From positions 1 to 55,634 of the IMG/VR virus record IMGVR_UViG_3300032092_000036: 55,634 nt of DNA. One strand, given 5' to 3'. The translations under genes and the position numbers were made by a program. Below are positions 26,449 through 36,306 of this stretch, piece by piece (position 1 is the first letter of the stretch; each line of letters starts with the position of its first letter). The notes beneath the pieces are model-generated. The model ran no database searches, was not told where the DNA came from, and saw only the letters and a list, made by a program, of their open reading frames with translations. The DNA is from a virus (Duplodnaviria; Caudoviricetes).

Positions 26449-26832
26449 TTAAGAGCGGCGAATGTTCACAGTACGTTCCACAGTGAGGTTGATCCCCGGT
26501 GGTAAGTCCCCGTCACTCGCTTCTTGGAACTGCTTAATAGCAGAGGCGGACGCACGGATTTCCATGAGGCTCCATTCTTCGTGAGCTTTCACGTAATCCA
26601 TGAATACATCGCGGTCAGCAACACTGGCCGTTGTCCTTGTCGATGTGTATGCAGTGCCGAACTCAGTTTTAATTGAATCCATGCCTGTAGTGTTAAATAC
26701 TTCTAGCAGTTTAGCCTCTAACTTGTCCATTTTTTGTTGGACGGGCGCGGCTAACTCTTGGTAGTCGGCTTTCAACTTTGCCTTTTGATCGCGCAATTTG
26801 ACGTATAAGCCTACTGCATCCGATAGTTTCAT
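26449..26832 (-). CDS. Conserved phage replication-region protein
   Basis: N-terminal coiled coil; SIKTEFGTAY...LPPGI. Confidence 0.7.
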   Translation of the reverse strand: MKLSDAVGLYVKLRDQKAKLKADYQELAAPVQQKMDKLEAKLLEVFNTTGMDSIKTEFGTAYTSTRTTASVADRDVFMDYVKAHEEWSLMEIRASASAIKQFQEASDGDLPPGINLTVERTVNIRRS

Positions 26833-26894
26833 ATTGTTTCCTTGGGGGTATTAAATTTACGCTCGTATCGGCGCTTTGTAAATAGGGGTGAACC

Positions 26895-28463
26895 CTATTC
26901 GGGTCGATCTTTCATCATTTCAAGCAAAATTCCTTGCATAGATTGTTTGTCTTGCAAACGTTTGTATACACGTCGTTCAATGTCAGAGCCAGCGATGTGG
27001 GCAATCACTGTCGTCTTTGTTTGGCCGGGTCGTCTTACACGCGCACATGCTTGTTCGTATATCTCATTGCTGTGTACGGGGGCGTACCAAACAATGGTCG
27101 TAGCGGCTGTTAAAGTTAAGCCATGACTCATGGTTGCAGCGTTAGCCACAAGCACACGAGGGTCGTCAGTTTTCTGAAAGGAAGAGAAAATCCTATCCCT
27201 GTCAGCTTTGCTAGTTTCACCATGGACAATTTCCACAGACCAGTCTTTTGATAATTCTTTTGCAACTGTTTCCAGTGCGGCAGTGAGCGGTACGAACACA
27301 ATGACTTTGCCACTCGATTCGTCAATCAATTCCTTCAATGCATCCATGCGTGGCTTAGATGGTATGACTACTTCTTTGCCGTCAATGCCGTAGGCGACAC
27401 CGCATGCTATTTGAATAAGCTTGTTTGCCTTAACCGCTTCATTGACCGCCAGAATCTGGCCGCCTTTGTATTCAGTAGCGAGCTTGCTCAGCATGTCTTT
27501 GTATGCTTTCTTTTGCTCGTCTGTCATCTCTACATCCCGGGTCAAGAACACTTGCTCGGGTAAGTCAACGCAGTCGTCTAGGGAATACCTAATCGATGGT
27601 TGCATGAGTTGGTAAACAGTGTCATTGGCATCCGGCCTTGCTATCCATTTGTACTGTGTCAACTGACGCATTACAAGGTCTCTGAACTTACCAAAGTATT
27701 TAGGCAAGTCGTTGTTGTCAGGCGTGATGAGTTTGCACTGTGCCCATGCATCGGTTGGTGCGTTAGGCGTAGGTGAGCCCGTCATGCCCCATACCCTGCG
27801 TGGGAATTGTTTGTTACAAATCTCGTTCAACGTCTTCCATCGCTCAGTGCTTGCATTGCGAGCAAGGGCCAATTCGTCAACGACAATTAGATCAATGTCA
27901 TCTCGGTCTTTGAGCTCGTTCTTAATGATGGCGAGGCCGTCTATGTTGATGATATACACGTCAGCCGGCTGCTTAAGTAACTTAGTTCTTCGCTCTCTAT
28001 TACCATACAACACTGTGGCTGTAAGGTGAGGAAAAGTTTGAAACACTGAGTCACCCCATGTACGCTCCATGGTAGAGAGCGGACACACTACGAGCATGCG
28101 TTTGACTTGTCTTGTTCTACGCAGATAGTCGTAAGACCACAATGCAGAATTAGTTTTGCCAGTTCCCATGTCGTTAAGGCAGAACGCTCTACTGTGCATG
28201 GACAAGAAACTTGAGGTCTCTCGCTGTGCTTCAAATGGATCGTACTTGCCGGATACCTTAGGCCATGCATAGTGAATGGGCATCGGGTCAGGGACTTCAA
28301 AACCTAAGTTTCTTAGAACCCTTGTTTCATCAGGTCTGTGAGGCACTGCAACTACTTTGCCGCCTTGATAACTGACTGTTACTGCTGATGGTATGACTGT
28401 GGTTACTCTCTCAGGATGTTTGAGTTTAAGTAGCACTGCCTTCTTTTCTTTGTGAATTAGCAT
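26895..28463 (-). CDS. SNF2-family (SF2) helicase
   Basis: DMGTGKT, VVDE, MTGSP, HGLTLT and EQACARVRRPGQ motifs. Confidence 0.92.
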   Translation of the reverse strand: MLIHKEKKAVLLKLKHPERVTTVIPSAVTVSYQGGKVVAVPHRPDETRVLRNLGFEVPDPMPIHYAWPKVSGKYDPFEAQRETSSFLSMHSRAFCLNDMGTGKTNSALWSYDYLRRTRQVKRMLVVCPLSTMERTWGDSVFQTFPHLTATVLYGNRERRTKLLKQPADVYIINIDGLAIIKNELKDRDDIDLIVVDELALARNASTERWKTLNEICNKQFPRRVWGMTGSPTPNAPTDAWAQCKLITPDNNDLPKYFGKFRDLVMRQLTQYKWIARPDANDTVYQLMQPSIRYSLDDCVDLPEQVFLTRDVEMTDEQKKAYKDMLSKLATEYKGGQILAVNEAVKANKLIQIACGVAYGIDGKEVVIPSKPRMDALKELIDESSGKVIVFVPLTAALETVAKELSKDWSVEIVHGETSKADRDRIFSSFQKTDDPRVLVANAATMSHGLTLTAATTIVWYAPVHSNEIYEQACARVRRPGQTKTTVIAHIAGSDIERRVYKRLQDKQSMQGILLEMMKDRPE

Positions 28464-28651
28464 GATAGTTTCATTGCTACGATAAGTGCGGTTATTTGTT
28501 CTTCGGTTATCGGTCGTTCAAGAGTCATTTGATGCCACAGTTTTACTTGCGGATCGGAGGACGTTGCCCATGCAACACGTACACAATCTGTCAACACGTC
28601 GTAGGAATGATCTACGGCTTTGACGTTATCAGGGATGGGATAGCCGAACAA
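28457..28651 (-). CDS. Hypothetical protein (start uncertain)
   Basis: 3' part of the 28457-28786 ORF; fills the gap; stop overlaps the helicase start. Confidence 0.45.
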   Translation of the reverse strand: MFGYPIPDNVKAVDHSYDVLTDCVRVAWATSSDPQVKLWHQMTLERPITEEQITALIVAMKLSC

Positions 28652-28688
28652 TGATGGTTTGTTTGAGTATCCATTCCAAGTAGGAAAG

Positions 28689-28955
28689 TCATTTGTCAGG
28701 GTTGTAACTGCCACTACCTTTTCTCCATCCGCGATTGGTTTCGCGGTCTTGCACTTTGGTGTTTCCTTTTGTATTGCCTCCGCCATTGGCCAATGCCACT
28801 ACGTGAGCAACGTCTTTTCCATCGCCGACTTTTGCTTTGCCGGTCTTGATGGCATCACGCCTTGCGGCGTTGTTTTTTACACGCTTAGCCGTTTCTTCAG
28901 GGCGAGCGTTATATTCTTTTTGGTATGCTAACTTTTGTGCTGAAGATTTAGTCAT
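28689..28955 (-). CDS. HNH-like small nuclease
   Basis: GGAG RBS; GDGKDVAH...GG.N...N......NRG. Confidence 0.65.
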   Translation of the reverse strand: MTKSSAQKLAYQKEYNARPEETAKRVKNNAARRDAIKTGKAKVGDGKDVAHVVALANGGGNTKGNTKVQDRETNRGWRKGSGSYNPDK

Positions 28956-29196
28956 TGTCTTCTCCCAGTAAAAAATGATCGTGTACGGCCACGTCATGAA
29001 TGAAGTCGTTGATTTCCCAATTCCCAACAATGGTAAATTCAAGTTTGTCGACTTCTTCCCCGTTAACTAGTATGGATTGGCCGGCCATATTTGTGATAAT
29101 CACATGAAACTTATCACTGTTGTTGCCGCTGTTTAAAGGGTCGGGCTTAATTGCTACGTCTAAGTTGCCTGTACTAAATGCCATCATGCTCTCCAT
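28948..29196 (-). CDS. Hypothetical protein
   Basis: Overlap-coupled ORF. Confidence 0.65.
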   Translation of the reverse strand: MESMMAFSTGNLDVAIKPDPLNSGNNSDKFHVIITNMAGQSILVNGEEVDKLEFTIVGNWEINDFIHDVAVHDHFLLGEDND

Positions 29197-29480
29197 GCGA
29201 TTTTGTCTAAAAATTCATGCAATTGTTTTGCGTCGTCAACCACTATTGAATACCCACCGTGGCTGATAATCTCGGCTAACACTCTGTCTTGGTTAGCGGT
29301 CGTGTCTTTGCGCTTGCCGGGGGCTTTGGTTTCTATTCCTAAAAACCGGCCATTCCAACAACAAATAAAGTCAGGGATTCCGACTTGCCCCATGCCGTTT
29401 TGCATGGGTTGGTAGTACCAAATGGTACGCTCTTTAAGTAGCTTGCGCACGGCATCTTTGACTTTGCCTTCGGGTGTCAT
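29184..29480 (-). CDS. VRR-NUC domain nuclease
   Basis: TPEGKVK...GIPDFICC...GIETKAPG...TANQ. Confidence 0.88.
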   Translation of the reverse strand: MTPEGKVKDAVRKLLKERTIWYYQPMQNGMGQVGIPDFICCWNGRFLGIETKAPGKRKDTTANQDRVLAEIISHGGYSIVVDDAKQLHEFLDKIAWRA

Positions 29481-30133
29481 AAGTAGTTTCTCTTGCCGTT
29501 AAAGCTGCAGGTAATAACAGGACACCATGCCTTACATAGACCGGATGATCGTGCAGGCCATTCTTCTTTGTCGTAGGCTCGCTCTAAACGAATTGCCCGT
29601 GGCAGTAAGCCTTGCCATACATCGGCTAACTCTTTGCGCATGACTTTCTTTTTGTCTAATTTCTTTTCCTTGAGCCACACGAATACGGTTGTAACTTCTT
29701 GCACTTCGGGGTAGTAGTGGAATACGTAAGCTGCGTATAGATCAAGTTGCTCGGTCGGCTTGCGCTTACCGGTCTTGTAGTCCATGACGACTGCGTTCTT
29801 ACCATTGATGACAACCAAGTCAGCGATGCCTCGACTCCATGCGTTGTCCCAATCTGCAGGTTGAAAGTTCTTGTCAATGGCAAACTTAAGTTCAGCGTGT
29901 TTCTCTCCGCCAAGCTTTGCAATTTTATTAGCAATAGGTTGCCACTGCGTCATGCCTTCCGGTAGTAGTTCTCCATGAAGAATGAAGTTTTCAAAGGCCG
30001 TATGAACCTTCGTACCCCATACAGTATGTTCTGTAGGCGGCTCTACTATGTCCCGGACCACCTTTAAGTGATAGAACTTTTTTGGACAGCTCTCGAATGA
30101 ATCAAGTTGGCTGTACGTCCATGCAGGCATCAT
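29477..30133 (-). CDS. PD-(D/E)XK Cas4/RecB-like exonuclease
   Basis: WTYSQL...CP...GTKVH...GIADL...DYKTG...QLDLYA...C..C....C. Confidence 0.88.
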   Translation of the reverse strand: MMPAWTYSQLDSFESCPKKFYHLKVVRDIVEPPTEHTVWGTKVHTAFENFILHGELLPEGMTQWQPIANKIAKLGGEKHAELKFAIDKNFQPADWDNAWSRGIADLVVINGKNAVVMDYKTGKRKPTEQLDLYAAYVFHYYPEVQEVTTVFVWLKEKKLDKKKVMRKELADVWQGLLPRAIRLERAYDKEEWPARSSGLCKAWCPVITCSFNGKRNYL

Positions 30134-30186
30134 AAATTTCCAATACATTACGCCCCAACTCATGATTCAGTTGGGATCGAACTACT

Positions 30187-30215
30187 AATATAGAGGTGTG
30201 TATGTGGTTTGTCAA
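30187..30215 (-). promoter_or_regulatory. Sigma70 promoter with operator in the spacer
   Basis: TTGACA-N17-TATATT; spacer contains ACCACATACACAC, also found at 42033-42045. Confidence 0.75.
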
Positions 30216-30225
30216 CCCCGTGTTT

Positions 30226-32130
30226 CTACTTAGCGTCGCCGTAGCAATCAGCTATGTCACCTTCAGACCACGTAACCAACTCAGGCCACCACGATGGCGG
30301 TGTACGCATAATACCCTGCAATTCTTTCAGTAGTGTGTCGGCGTAGTTTTCGGGCACTACATAAACAAGCTCATCATGCACCATCAGTGTTGGCGACATT
30401 TGCGTGCGCTTACGAAACTCAAGAGCGTTACCCGCAATCACATCACGTGCAAGGGCTTGGACAAGATTCTCTACACCTTTCCCGGCATAGATACGTGCCT
30501 TGTGTCGGCCTGCTCCATACCACCATTCGTGCTTGCCGTTGTCTACCTCTTTGCGTAGTTCAGGGTAGTAAATGCGTCGACCTGATGGCAGACGAACCGC
30601 CTTGTGTTCAGTAACGCACATACCCCATGGATCGATGGCAGTCTCGTTGCCTTGCATCAGATCAATCAGACTCTTCTGAAATGATTTCCACCCATCCACA
30701 ATGTCCGAATACTGCTCACGCCAGTCGGTAACGATACTCAATGACTCTGCATCTGTAAGCTCTAAGCCACCCATGAGTTTGGCTACACGCTTGAACGTTG
30801 GCGCGCCGGCCCCAAAACCTAGACCTAACTGAGCGACCTTGGCTAGTTGTCGTTGGTCTTTAGTTACCGCTTCTGGTTCAATGTCGTACCTTGCAGCAGC
30901 AAACGCTCTGTACAAGTCGGCTTCGGCATCGCTCGCATACATCTCCATAGATGACGGAACCTTCCACAAGTAGTGGTTTACCCTTAGTTCGATGCCGGAC
31001 AGATCGGCCACGATAACTTTGTAGCCCTTGGGGGCAAGCAGGCTCATGCGTAATGCGTCAGATGGCTTAGGGTTTTTACCTATACGCGGTAGATTCTGCA
31101 TGTTGTATTGCTCACCCGACCAACGCCCTGTTGTATCCGCACCACAGTATCTAAGCGGTACAGGCAACTTACCACCGCAGGCATCAGCCGCCCGAATGAA
31201 CGCTTCTAGGCGTGTCTCAAGCAGCGTGGACTTAACCTCAAGCCTAGCCCTTGCAGCCGCAGCAACGATTGGGTTAGGGTGTTCTTGAAGCTTGATGAAC
31301 TCCTCGTCGGTCTTAGCCAATGCAGGTGTCATCTTATCGGGGTTAGTCGGCGACTGTTTCATGGGAGGCTCAACGCCAAGGCTCGTAAGCAACTCGGAGA
31401 ACTTGGCCGAACTAGCCAGTTGGGTACGCACTTGCTCTTCGATAGATACTTCGTCCACGATATCGTCGATGCCGATCTGCTCGGCTAGCTCACGTAGTGA
31501 GCGACTCTTCTCGGCTTTAACGGACTCCTGTGCCTCCCGGATTAATCTGTAGTCGAGATTGAACTTAGGCTCCACAAGCATTCGTGTAGTCATATCGATC
31601 TGAACCATCTCGGCCTTGGAGATACCCTTGGCCAACTCTTTGAACAACTTCGCACACAGGTCTGTATCGACCTTGTTGTACTCTTTCATGGACTCAAGCT
31701 CGGATGGCGTGAAGTCGGCTAAGCGTTTACCCTTAGTATTCGTGGCTTCAAGGCTTAGCTTTGCACCAATGTTGAACTCTTTGCTCAAGTTCTTCAGTGA
31801 TACACCGCAGGTCTTTTTGTACTTGGACATGGCCATGGCTTGCGTACACCCCCACATCTTGGGCTTGATGCCAAAGCGCCATGCAAGGATCATGGAATCA
31901 AAGCCGGACATGTTGTGCCCAATGGCAATCTTGTCAGACCAGTCAAGACTATGCAAAGCTTTTCGGATTTTGTCTTCGCCAAAAAATACATCGGTCGGGA
32001 AGTTAGCTGCCTTGATAGCCACCGCCTGTATTTCTGTATCAGGGTGCATGACGTATTCTGTCGGGGGCATCCTTGTCAGTGAGTGAGTAGTAGACCAATA
32101 GGTCTCAAAGTCTATATAGACAGGTGTCAT
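30226..32130 (-). CDS. polA: DNA polymerase, family A, with 3'-5' exonuclease
   Basis: IDFET, HNMSGFD, ADLSGIELR (motif A), RQLAKVAQLGLGFG (B), VHDE (C). Confidence 0.93.
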   Translation of the reverse strand: MTPVYIDFETYWSTTHSLTRMPPTEYVMHPDTEIQAVAIKAANFPTDVFFGEDKIRKALHSLDWSDKIAIGHNMSGFDSMILAWRFGIKPKMWGCTQAMAMSKYKKTCGVSLKNLSKEFNIGAKLSLEATNTKGKRLADFTPSELESMKEYNKVDTDLCAKLFKELAKGISKAEMVQIDMTTRMLVEPKFNLDYRLIREAQESVKAEKSRSLRELAEQIGIDDIVDEVSIEEQVRTQLASSAKFSELLTSLGVEPPMKQSPTNPDKMTPALAKTDEEFIKLQEHPNPIVAAAARARLEVKSTLLETRLEAFIRAADACGGKLPVPLRYCGADTTGRWSGEQYNMQNLPRIGKNPKPSDALRMSLLAPKGYKVIVADLSGIELRVNHYLWKVPSSMEMYASDAEADLYRAFAAARYDIEPEAVTKDQRQLAKVAQLGLGFGAGAPTFKRVAKLMGGLELTDAESLSIVTDWREQYSDIVDGWKSFQKSLIDLMQGNETAIDPWGMCVTEHKAVRLPSGRRIYYPELRKEVDNGKHEWWYGAGRHKARIYAGKGVENLVQALARDVIAGNALEFRKRTQMSPTLMVHDELVYVVPENYADTLLKELQGIMRTPPSWWPELVTWSEGDIADCYGDAK

Positions 32131-32306
32131 TTTAGGTTCCTAACTGTTACTTTCTTTGCCCAACATGAAGCACAGTACCATCTACTTGGGCTCATTTGAA
32201 CACCGCCTTCGGGCGGTCTTCTCTCTTCGCATTTATTACAAAGTTGTAATTGATGGATCGGCTGTCTGCTACCAATATCAATCTGTCGTTTCACAAAGCC
32301 GTTCAC
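32127..32306 (-). CDS. Small Zn-ribbon protein
   Basis: GTG start at 32306; CNKC...WYCASC. Confidence 0.6.
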   Translation of the reverse strand: MNGFVKRQIDIGSRQPIHQLQLCNKCEERRPPEGGVQMSPSRWYCASCWAKKVTVRNLK

Positions 32307-32553
32307 GCGATCTCCTTCCAGTGTTTTCCGGTTTAGGACAGTTCTCAGGCACGTCAACGACGATCCAAATTGCTGCCAATGTATTGCGGTAGGTTGATTT
32401 CTCCCACCGATCGATGTACACGCCAAAGACACTCTCCAATGATTTGTTGACAGAACGAACTTCTATGCCAGTGAGCTTGGCTATGTCGCTTGCCTTCAAA
32501 CCATCGGGGTGTTTTTTGAGTAAATCTCGAATGATGTTGTGGTTGCTTTTCAA
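32278..32553 (-). CDS. HTH DNA-binding protein
   Basis: IRDLLKKHPDGLKASDIAKLTGIEVRSVNKSL. Confidence 0.7.
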   Translation of the reverse strand: MKSNHNIIRDLLKKHPDGLKASDIAKLTGIEVRSVNKSLESVFGVYIDRWEKSTYRNTLAAIWIVVDVPENCPKPENTGRRSRERLCETTD

Positions 32554-32765
32554 ACAACTTCCACTTCTGCATTAGTCTCTATCCATACTCGCGCACCACA
32601 AGACAACGGCTTCTCTGAATACACTACCTTGCTTGATCCGTTGATCGTGACCTCGTGGGCATAGCGATTTTCTTTGTATGTCTTGACTGTCAGCACTGGG
32701 TCGTTCGTGCCATTCTTAGCGTTAGCTTTTATGACGTGCTGATTAACGTGAATAATTGTTTTCAT
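32550..32765 (-). CDS. Conserved hypothetical phage protein
   Basis: IHVNQHVIKAN...KPLSCGARVWIET. Confidence 0.75.
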   Translation of the reverse strand: MKTIIHVNQHVIKANAKNGTNDPVLTVKTYKENRYAHEVTINGSSKVVYSEKPLSCGARVWIETNAEVEVV

Positions 32766-32962
32766 GGATTCTTTTCCTGTATAGCACGTTCAAGAGCTCT
32801 ACCAAAGTCCTCCACACTGCCAAACTTTTCTGAGTTGGTATCCCACAAGTGGTAAATCTCTTCTTTGGTCAGGCTCACCCATTCACGTTCTTTCATGGTG
32901 TACATCCATGCAATGATGGCTACGATTGCGGGGCCTACAAGCAAATAAAGTAAATCGTTCAT
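32762..32962 (-). CDS. Small N-terminal TM protein
   Basis: TM then REWVSLTKEEI...FGRALE. Confidence 0.7.
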   Translation of the reverse strand: MNDLLYLLVGPAIVAIIAWMYTMKEREWVSLTKEEIYHLWDTNSEKFGSVEDFGRALERAIQEKNP

Positions 32963-33192
32963 TTGTCCTCCAGTTTGAATTTGACCATCTCAGCAGTGAT
33001 GATGCCATTGACTTCTGACACATCCTTGGCCACGTATGTCGTGGCTATATCTCCCTGCCGTGTGCCGACTCGAACAACGAATCCATTGGCTGCTCGCTCT
33101 ACTTCTACGAGCCCTTTGAATACAATCATGTTGTTAAAACCAGTTGAGTACGAGTGATTGGAATCAGTAATCGTCCCCATGTTGATATTCAT
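32959..33192 (-). CDS. Hypothetical protein
   Basis: VERAANGFVV motif; ATGA coupling. Confidence 0.7.
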   Translation of the reverse strand: MNINMGTITDSNHSYSTGFNNMIVFKGLVEVERAANGFVVRVGTRQGDIATTYVAKDVSEVNGIITAEMVKFKLEDK

Positions 33193-33407
33193 ACTTGAAC
33201 CTCAATTAGTTTGTCCATGTAGTGACGGGCTTTGCGTAGGTCTTCCACACCACCTTTGTCCTGCCAACGTGCGATGTACTTGATGACATTGCCCCACAAG
33301 AAGCCTTTGAATTGTTCCTTGGTCATCCATGCTTCCATGGCATCCCACGGTTGTATAGTCTTTGATTGGTAGTGCTCACCACCAACTTGCATATCATTTG
33401 CGCTCAT
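33189..33407 (-). CDS. DUF3310 family protein
   Basis: QVGGEHY...GFLWGNVIKYIARWQDKGGVEDLRKARHY. Confidence 0.88.
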   Translation of the reverse strand: MSANDMQVGGEHYQSKTIQPWDAMEAWMTKEQFKGFLWGNVIKYIARWQDKGGVEDLRKARHYMDKLIEVQV

Positions 33408-33555
33408 CTTGTTTCTCCTTGGGTAAGTTGAATTGCTTTTCTCTTGTATGGTCGATCTTGCCTGTGTAAGGATTAAGGCCAAACGCTTCCATAAACTTGG
33501 CTAAGCGTGTCTCGATCCGAGTCAGGCGATCGAGGATGTTTGTTTCTTCTTTCAT
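33394..33555 (-). CDS. 53-aa protein (not in ORF track)
   Basis: MKEETNILDRLTRIETRLAKFMEAFGLNPY...; ATGA-coupled to the upstream gene. Confidence 0.65.
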   Translation of the reverse strand: MKEETNILDRLTRIETRLAKFMEAFGLNPYTGKIDHTREKQFNLPKEKQDERK

Positions 33556-34073
33556 CCTTCAAATACTTTCTTAAGTTCCAAGTACACCGCTTTGGCTAAG
33601 CCAACGGACATGGAGTTGACGATCTGCTCTGCGTTGGGGTTAGCGTTCAGACTTGGTGCGGCTTTAGGCGGTAGAGAGACGACATTCACTACCTTAGCTA
33701 CCTTCTTGACCTTGATCTTCTTAGGTTTGTGCTTACGTGCTTCAACGGCTTTGGCCATAAGCTCCCGGCGCTTTTCGATGGTAAACGTGGGATACACAGA
33801 CTGAGTTGGTGTGTAACGGTACGATCCTTGTCCTTTGGACCTAGAGAGTAAGCCCTTTGACCACATCTGAAAGACGCGACCTGAGACTGGGCCATCGTTA
33901 TCTAAGTTAAGCGCGGCTTTGGCCTCTTGCACTGTAGACGCAGGGTTAGCCACGAACCAGTTAAAGAGATGCTCCGAGAAGCTTGTGTGCTTGGGGTTTG
34001 TATCGACTTCATCTATGTCGTCGAAAGAGATTTGATTTGCTACTGCGGAAAGGGCTGATTTTAAGTCGGGCAT
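33552..34073 (-). CDS. Winged-helix-like DNA-binding protein
   Basis: GGAG RBS, MPDLKS start; NPASTVQEA...VSGRVFQMWSKGLLSR; basic tail. Confidence 0.65.
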   Translation of the reverse strand: MPDLKSALSAVANQISFDDIDEVDTNPKHTSFSEHLFNWFVANPASTVQEAKAALNLDNDGPVSGRVFQMWSKGLLSRSKGQGSYRYTPTQSVYPTFTIEKRRELMAKAVEARKHKPKKIKVKKVAKVVNVVSLPPKAAPSLNANPNAEQIVNSMSVGLAKAVYLELKKVFEG

Positions 34074-34149
34074 AAATACTCCATGAATGAATGAGTGGTG
34101 AGAAAGAATTGTGGGGGCGAGCCCCACGTGTGTATATAGGGATGAACCC

Positions 34150-34329
34150 TTAAGGGTATGGTGTTTCGCGTCGCTCGATCGGCCTACGCAAAAGCCATTT
34201 GTCACCAAGACGCATCACTGCGCGTACCCACTGGCGTTGGTTGTGTTGATTGATATGATCGGGAACCATATCGTTGTTGTACAAGGTACGCGCTCTCTGA
34301 CGCAATTCAAATTTACTGGTAGGTGTCAT
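34150..34329 (-). CDS. 59-aa phage protein (not in ORF track)
   Basis: ATGA-coupled; MTPTSKFELRQRARTLYNNDMVPDHINQHNQRQWVRAVMRLGDKWLLRRPIERRETPYP*. Confidence 0.7.
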   Translation of the reverse strand: MTPTSKFELRQRARTLYNNDMVPDHINQHNQRQWVRAVMRLGDKWLLRRPIERRETPYP

Positions 34330-34994
34330 GCTGTGATTCCTGATAGTCTTGCAGCAATAGCTGCTGCGGTTAAGGTGTCCACTGGGGTGTCTTCAAGGAT
34401 TTCTTTCTCACGAACCTTGCGCTCGACCTTACGCTCCGCACGCTCGATGTATTCCTTGGGGATGTACATCTTCACGCCCGGCCATAGCTTGAGTGCCTCA
34501 TTAAGAGACTTGCACTTGCCAAGGAACGCCATGATATCACCCTCGACTTTAGTCCAACGAGCCTTGATTTCTGCGTTAAGTTCGATGCGCTCAAGGTAGT
34601 TCAAGACATTCTGCACACCTGCCATGTCTACATTGGCTTCAAGGTAAGCCTTCTTGCAAGAAATCTTAGGCTCATTCCAACGATCATTGTTGGGGCGATT
34701 GGTCACATTCTGATTTCTAAACGTGATGGCATGAACAACTTTATTGCCGGCATCGTCGATTGGTACATGAACATTCAACGTGGGACTTGTGTTTGTGGCC
34801 AACCATTCAGCAGGCATCTGATCCTTTAGATGCAAGTGACTGCCCCACATGGCCTTAGTCAGGAACCCTGATGTGTCTAACTCGATGGGCTTGCCAACCT
34901 CGGCGTTGTTGGTGATAACCTCAGCTTCTCTCATGCGCTTGATAACGTTAGAGACTTGACTTGAGAGTTCTTGTGTGATGTATACGGTAGCCAT
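34326..34994 (-). CDS. Nmad5-like protein
   Basis: MATVYIT N-terminus and C-terminal SLNEALKLWP motif; family call from memory. Confidence 0.55.
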   Translation of the reverse strand: MATVYITQELSSQVSNVIKRMREAEVITNNAEVGKPIELDTSGFLTKAMWGSHLHLKDQMPAEWLATNTSPTLNVHVPIDDAGNKVVHAITFRNQNVTNRPNNDRWNEPKISCKKAYLEANVDMAGVQNVLNYLERIELNAEIKARWTKVEGDIMAFLGKCKSLNEALKLWPGVKMYIPKEYIERAERKVERKVREKEILEDTPVDTLTAAAIAARLSGITA

Positions 34995-35018
34995 TTATAT
35001 TTCCTTTGAGTGATTAAG

Positions 35019-35041
35019 TAAGAAACCCGCCGAAGCGGGTA
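35019..35041 (-). terminator. Hairpin/terminator
   Basis: ACCCGC-TTCG-GCGGGT followed by TTCTT on - strand. Confidence 0.6.
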
Positions 35042-35045
35042 GGGT

Positions 35046-35195
35046 TTAGTCGGTTTGCGATGCCTCGAGAAAGGTATCTACCGCTTCTTTTAGTTGGGTT
35101 CGTTGCTCTTGTTGTATGCCCGGCGCTAGCGCCTCACTGCATCGTTGCAAGAGATAGTTGTAGCTATCAATTAGTCCTTTGAGGTCTTCATTCAT
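35046..35195 (-). CDS. 49-aa protein (not in ORF track)
   Basis: MNEDLKGLIDSYNYLLQRCSEALAPG...; ATGA-coupled. Confidence 0.6.
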   Translation of the reverse strand: MNEDLKGLIDSYNYLLQRCSEALAPGIQQEQRTQLKEAVDTFLEASQTD

Positions 35196-36304
35196 ACAGT
35201 TTCTTCCATAGTAAAGTGGATTGTGTCGCCGTAAGGCGCTTCCACATCACTAGAAATACACCATACGACAGGGTAGGCAGGGCTGTTACTCTCACTGAAA
35301 CTGGTGTAACCATCTGTCAAACAGACGAATACCTCAGGCTCAATACCTTCCTTGGCAAGGAACTCGAAGCCGTATTCCATGTCAGTGCCACCGCCTGAGT
35401 AGAACTCTAACTTAAATTCGTCGCCACGTTCAAACACTTTGTGCAAGCGAACACCTGTATCTACATACAGTAAGTGTACACGCTCGGGGTTGCATTGCTC
35501 CAGAATCCGAGCCAAGTGACCTTGGTAGTACGACATCTCTTGCTGTGTAATAGAGCCGGATACGTCGATTTGGATGACAACCTCGCCCATCTCTTGGACA
35601 CGGCCTACGCTAGGCAAGTAGTCTTTGAAGCGACGGTTGGGGCGAGCCCATGAATAGTCTCCACGCACATAGCTTGTCATGTAACGCTCGAGTACGTCAT
35701 ACCATGGTGTGCCGGGGTCAATCAACTCAGCGATGATCTTAGCCAATGCACCGGGCAACTTACCTTGAGCCTTAGCTGCTTGCGCTGCTTGGGCTATCTC
35801 GACACGCGTTTCAACGTCAATGCGATCCGCCTCCTCGGGAGTGAGTGGTGAGCCTCGCTCGATAATGTCGTCGCCTGTACCGCCGGGACCGGGGCCATCA
35901 CCGTCATCCTCAGGCAAGTCGTTGTAGATAGCATCCGTTGTTCTGTCCTTGGAGCCGGGCATGTCCACGCATCCCTTGATTGGATCGCCGATGCCGGCAT
36001 CCTTGAGCATGTCATTGATCCACGCATCGCCTGCAATGTTCCAACGCTTAGGGGTACGAGAGCCACGACGCAAGGCATGCTGACCCATGATGTGGCCAAC
36101 CTCGTGAGCCAGTACGAACACGATCTCGTCGACGCTGAGTGTCTCGAACCACTTGGGGTTGATGTATATCTGACCGCGCTGATCGACTGCTGCAGTTGGG
36201 ATGCTCTCGTCTTCGATGAGTTGGCGCTTCATGAGCATGGATGCAAAGAAGGGGTGTTGTGTCACGATGGACACTTTAGCTTTGTCTAGTGTAGTGATTG
36301 CCAT
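35192..36304 (-). CDS. Metallopeptidase-VWA protein (DUF2201-like)
   Basis: AHEVGH zincin motif; MIDAS IDVSGS...GGGTD...LTDG. Confidence 0.88.
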   Translation of the reverse strand: MAITTLDKAKVSIVTQHPFFASMLMKRQLIEDESIPTAAVDQRGQIYINPKWFETLSVDEIVFVLAHEVGHIMGQHALRRGSRTPKRWNIAGDAWINDMLKDAGIGDPIKGCVDMPGSKDRTTDAIYNDLPEDDGDGPGPGGTGDDIIERGSPLTPEEADRIDVETRVEIAQAAQAAKAQGKLPGALAKIIAELIDPGTPWYDVLERYMTSYVRGDYSWARPNRRFKDYLPSVGRVQEMGEVVIQIDVSGSITQQEMSYYQGHLARILEQCNPERVHLLYVDTGVRLHKVFERGDEFKLEFYSGGGTDMEYGFEFLAKEGIEPEVFVCLTDGYTSFSESNSPAYPVVWCISSDVEAPYGDTIHFTMEETV

Positions 36305-36306
36305 GA

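Noticed and set aside
34150-34325. Apparent multi-stem ncRNA or hammerhead-like fold (GCGCGTACC/GGTACGCGC; GAAA-CACCA)
   Set aside because: It lacks the CUGAUGA core, and the interval is fully explained by an ATGA-coupled 59-aa CDS (34150-34329).
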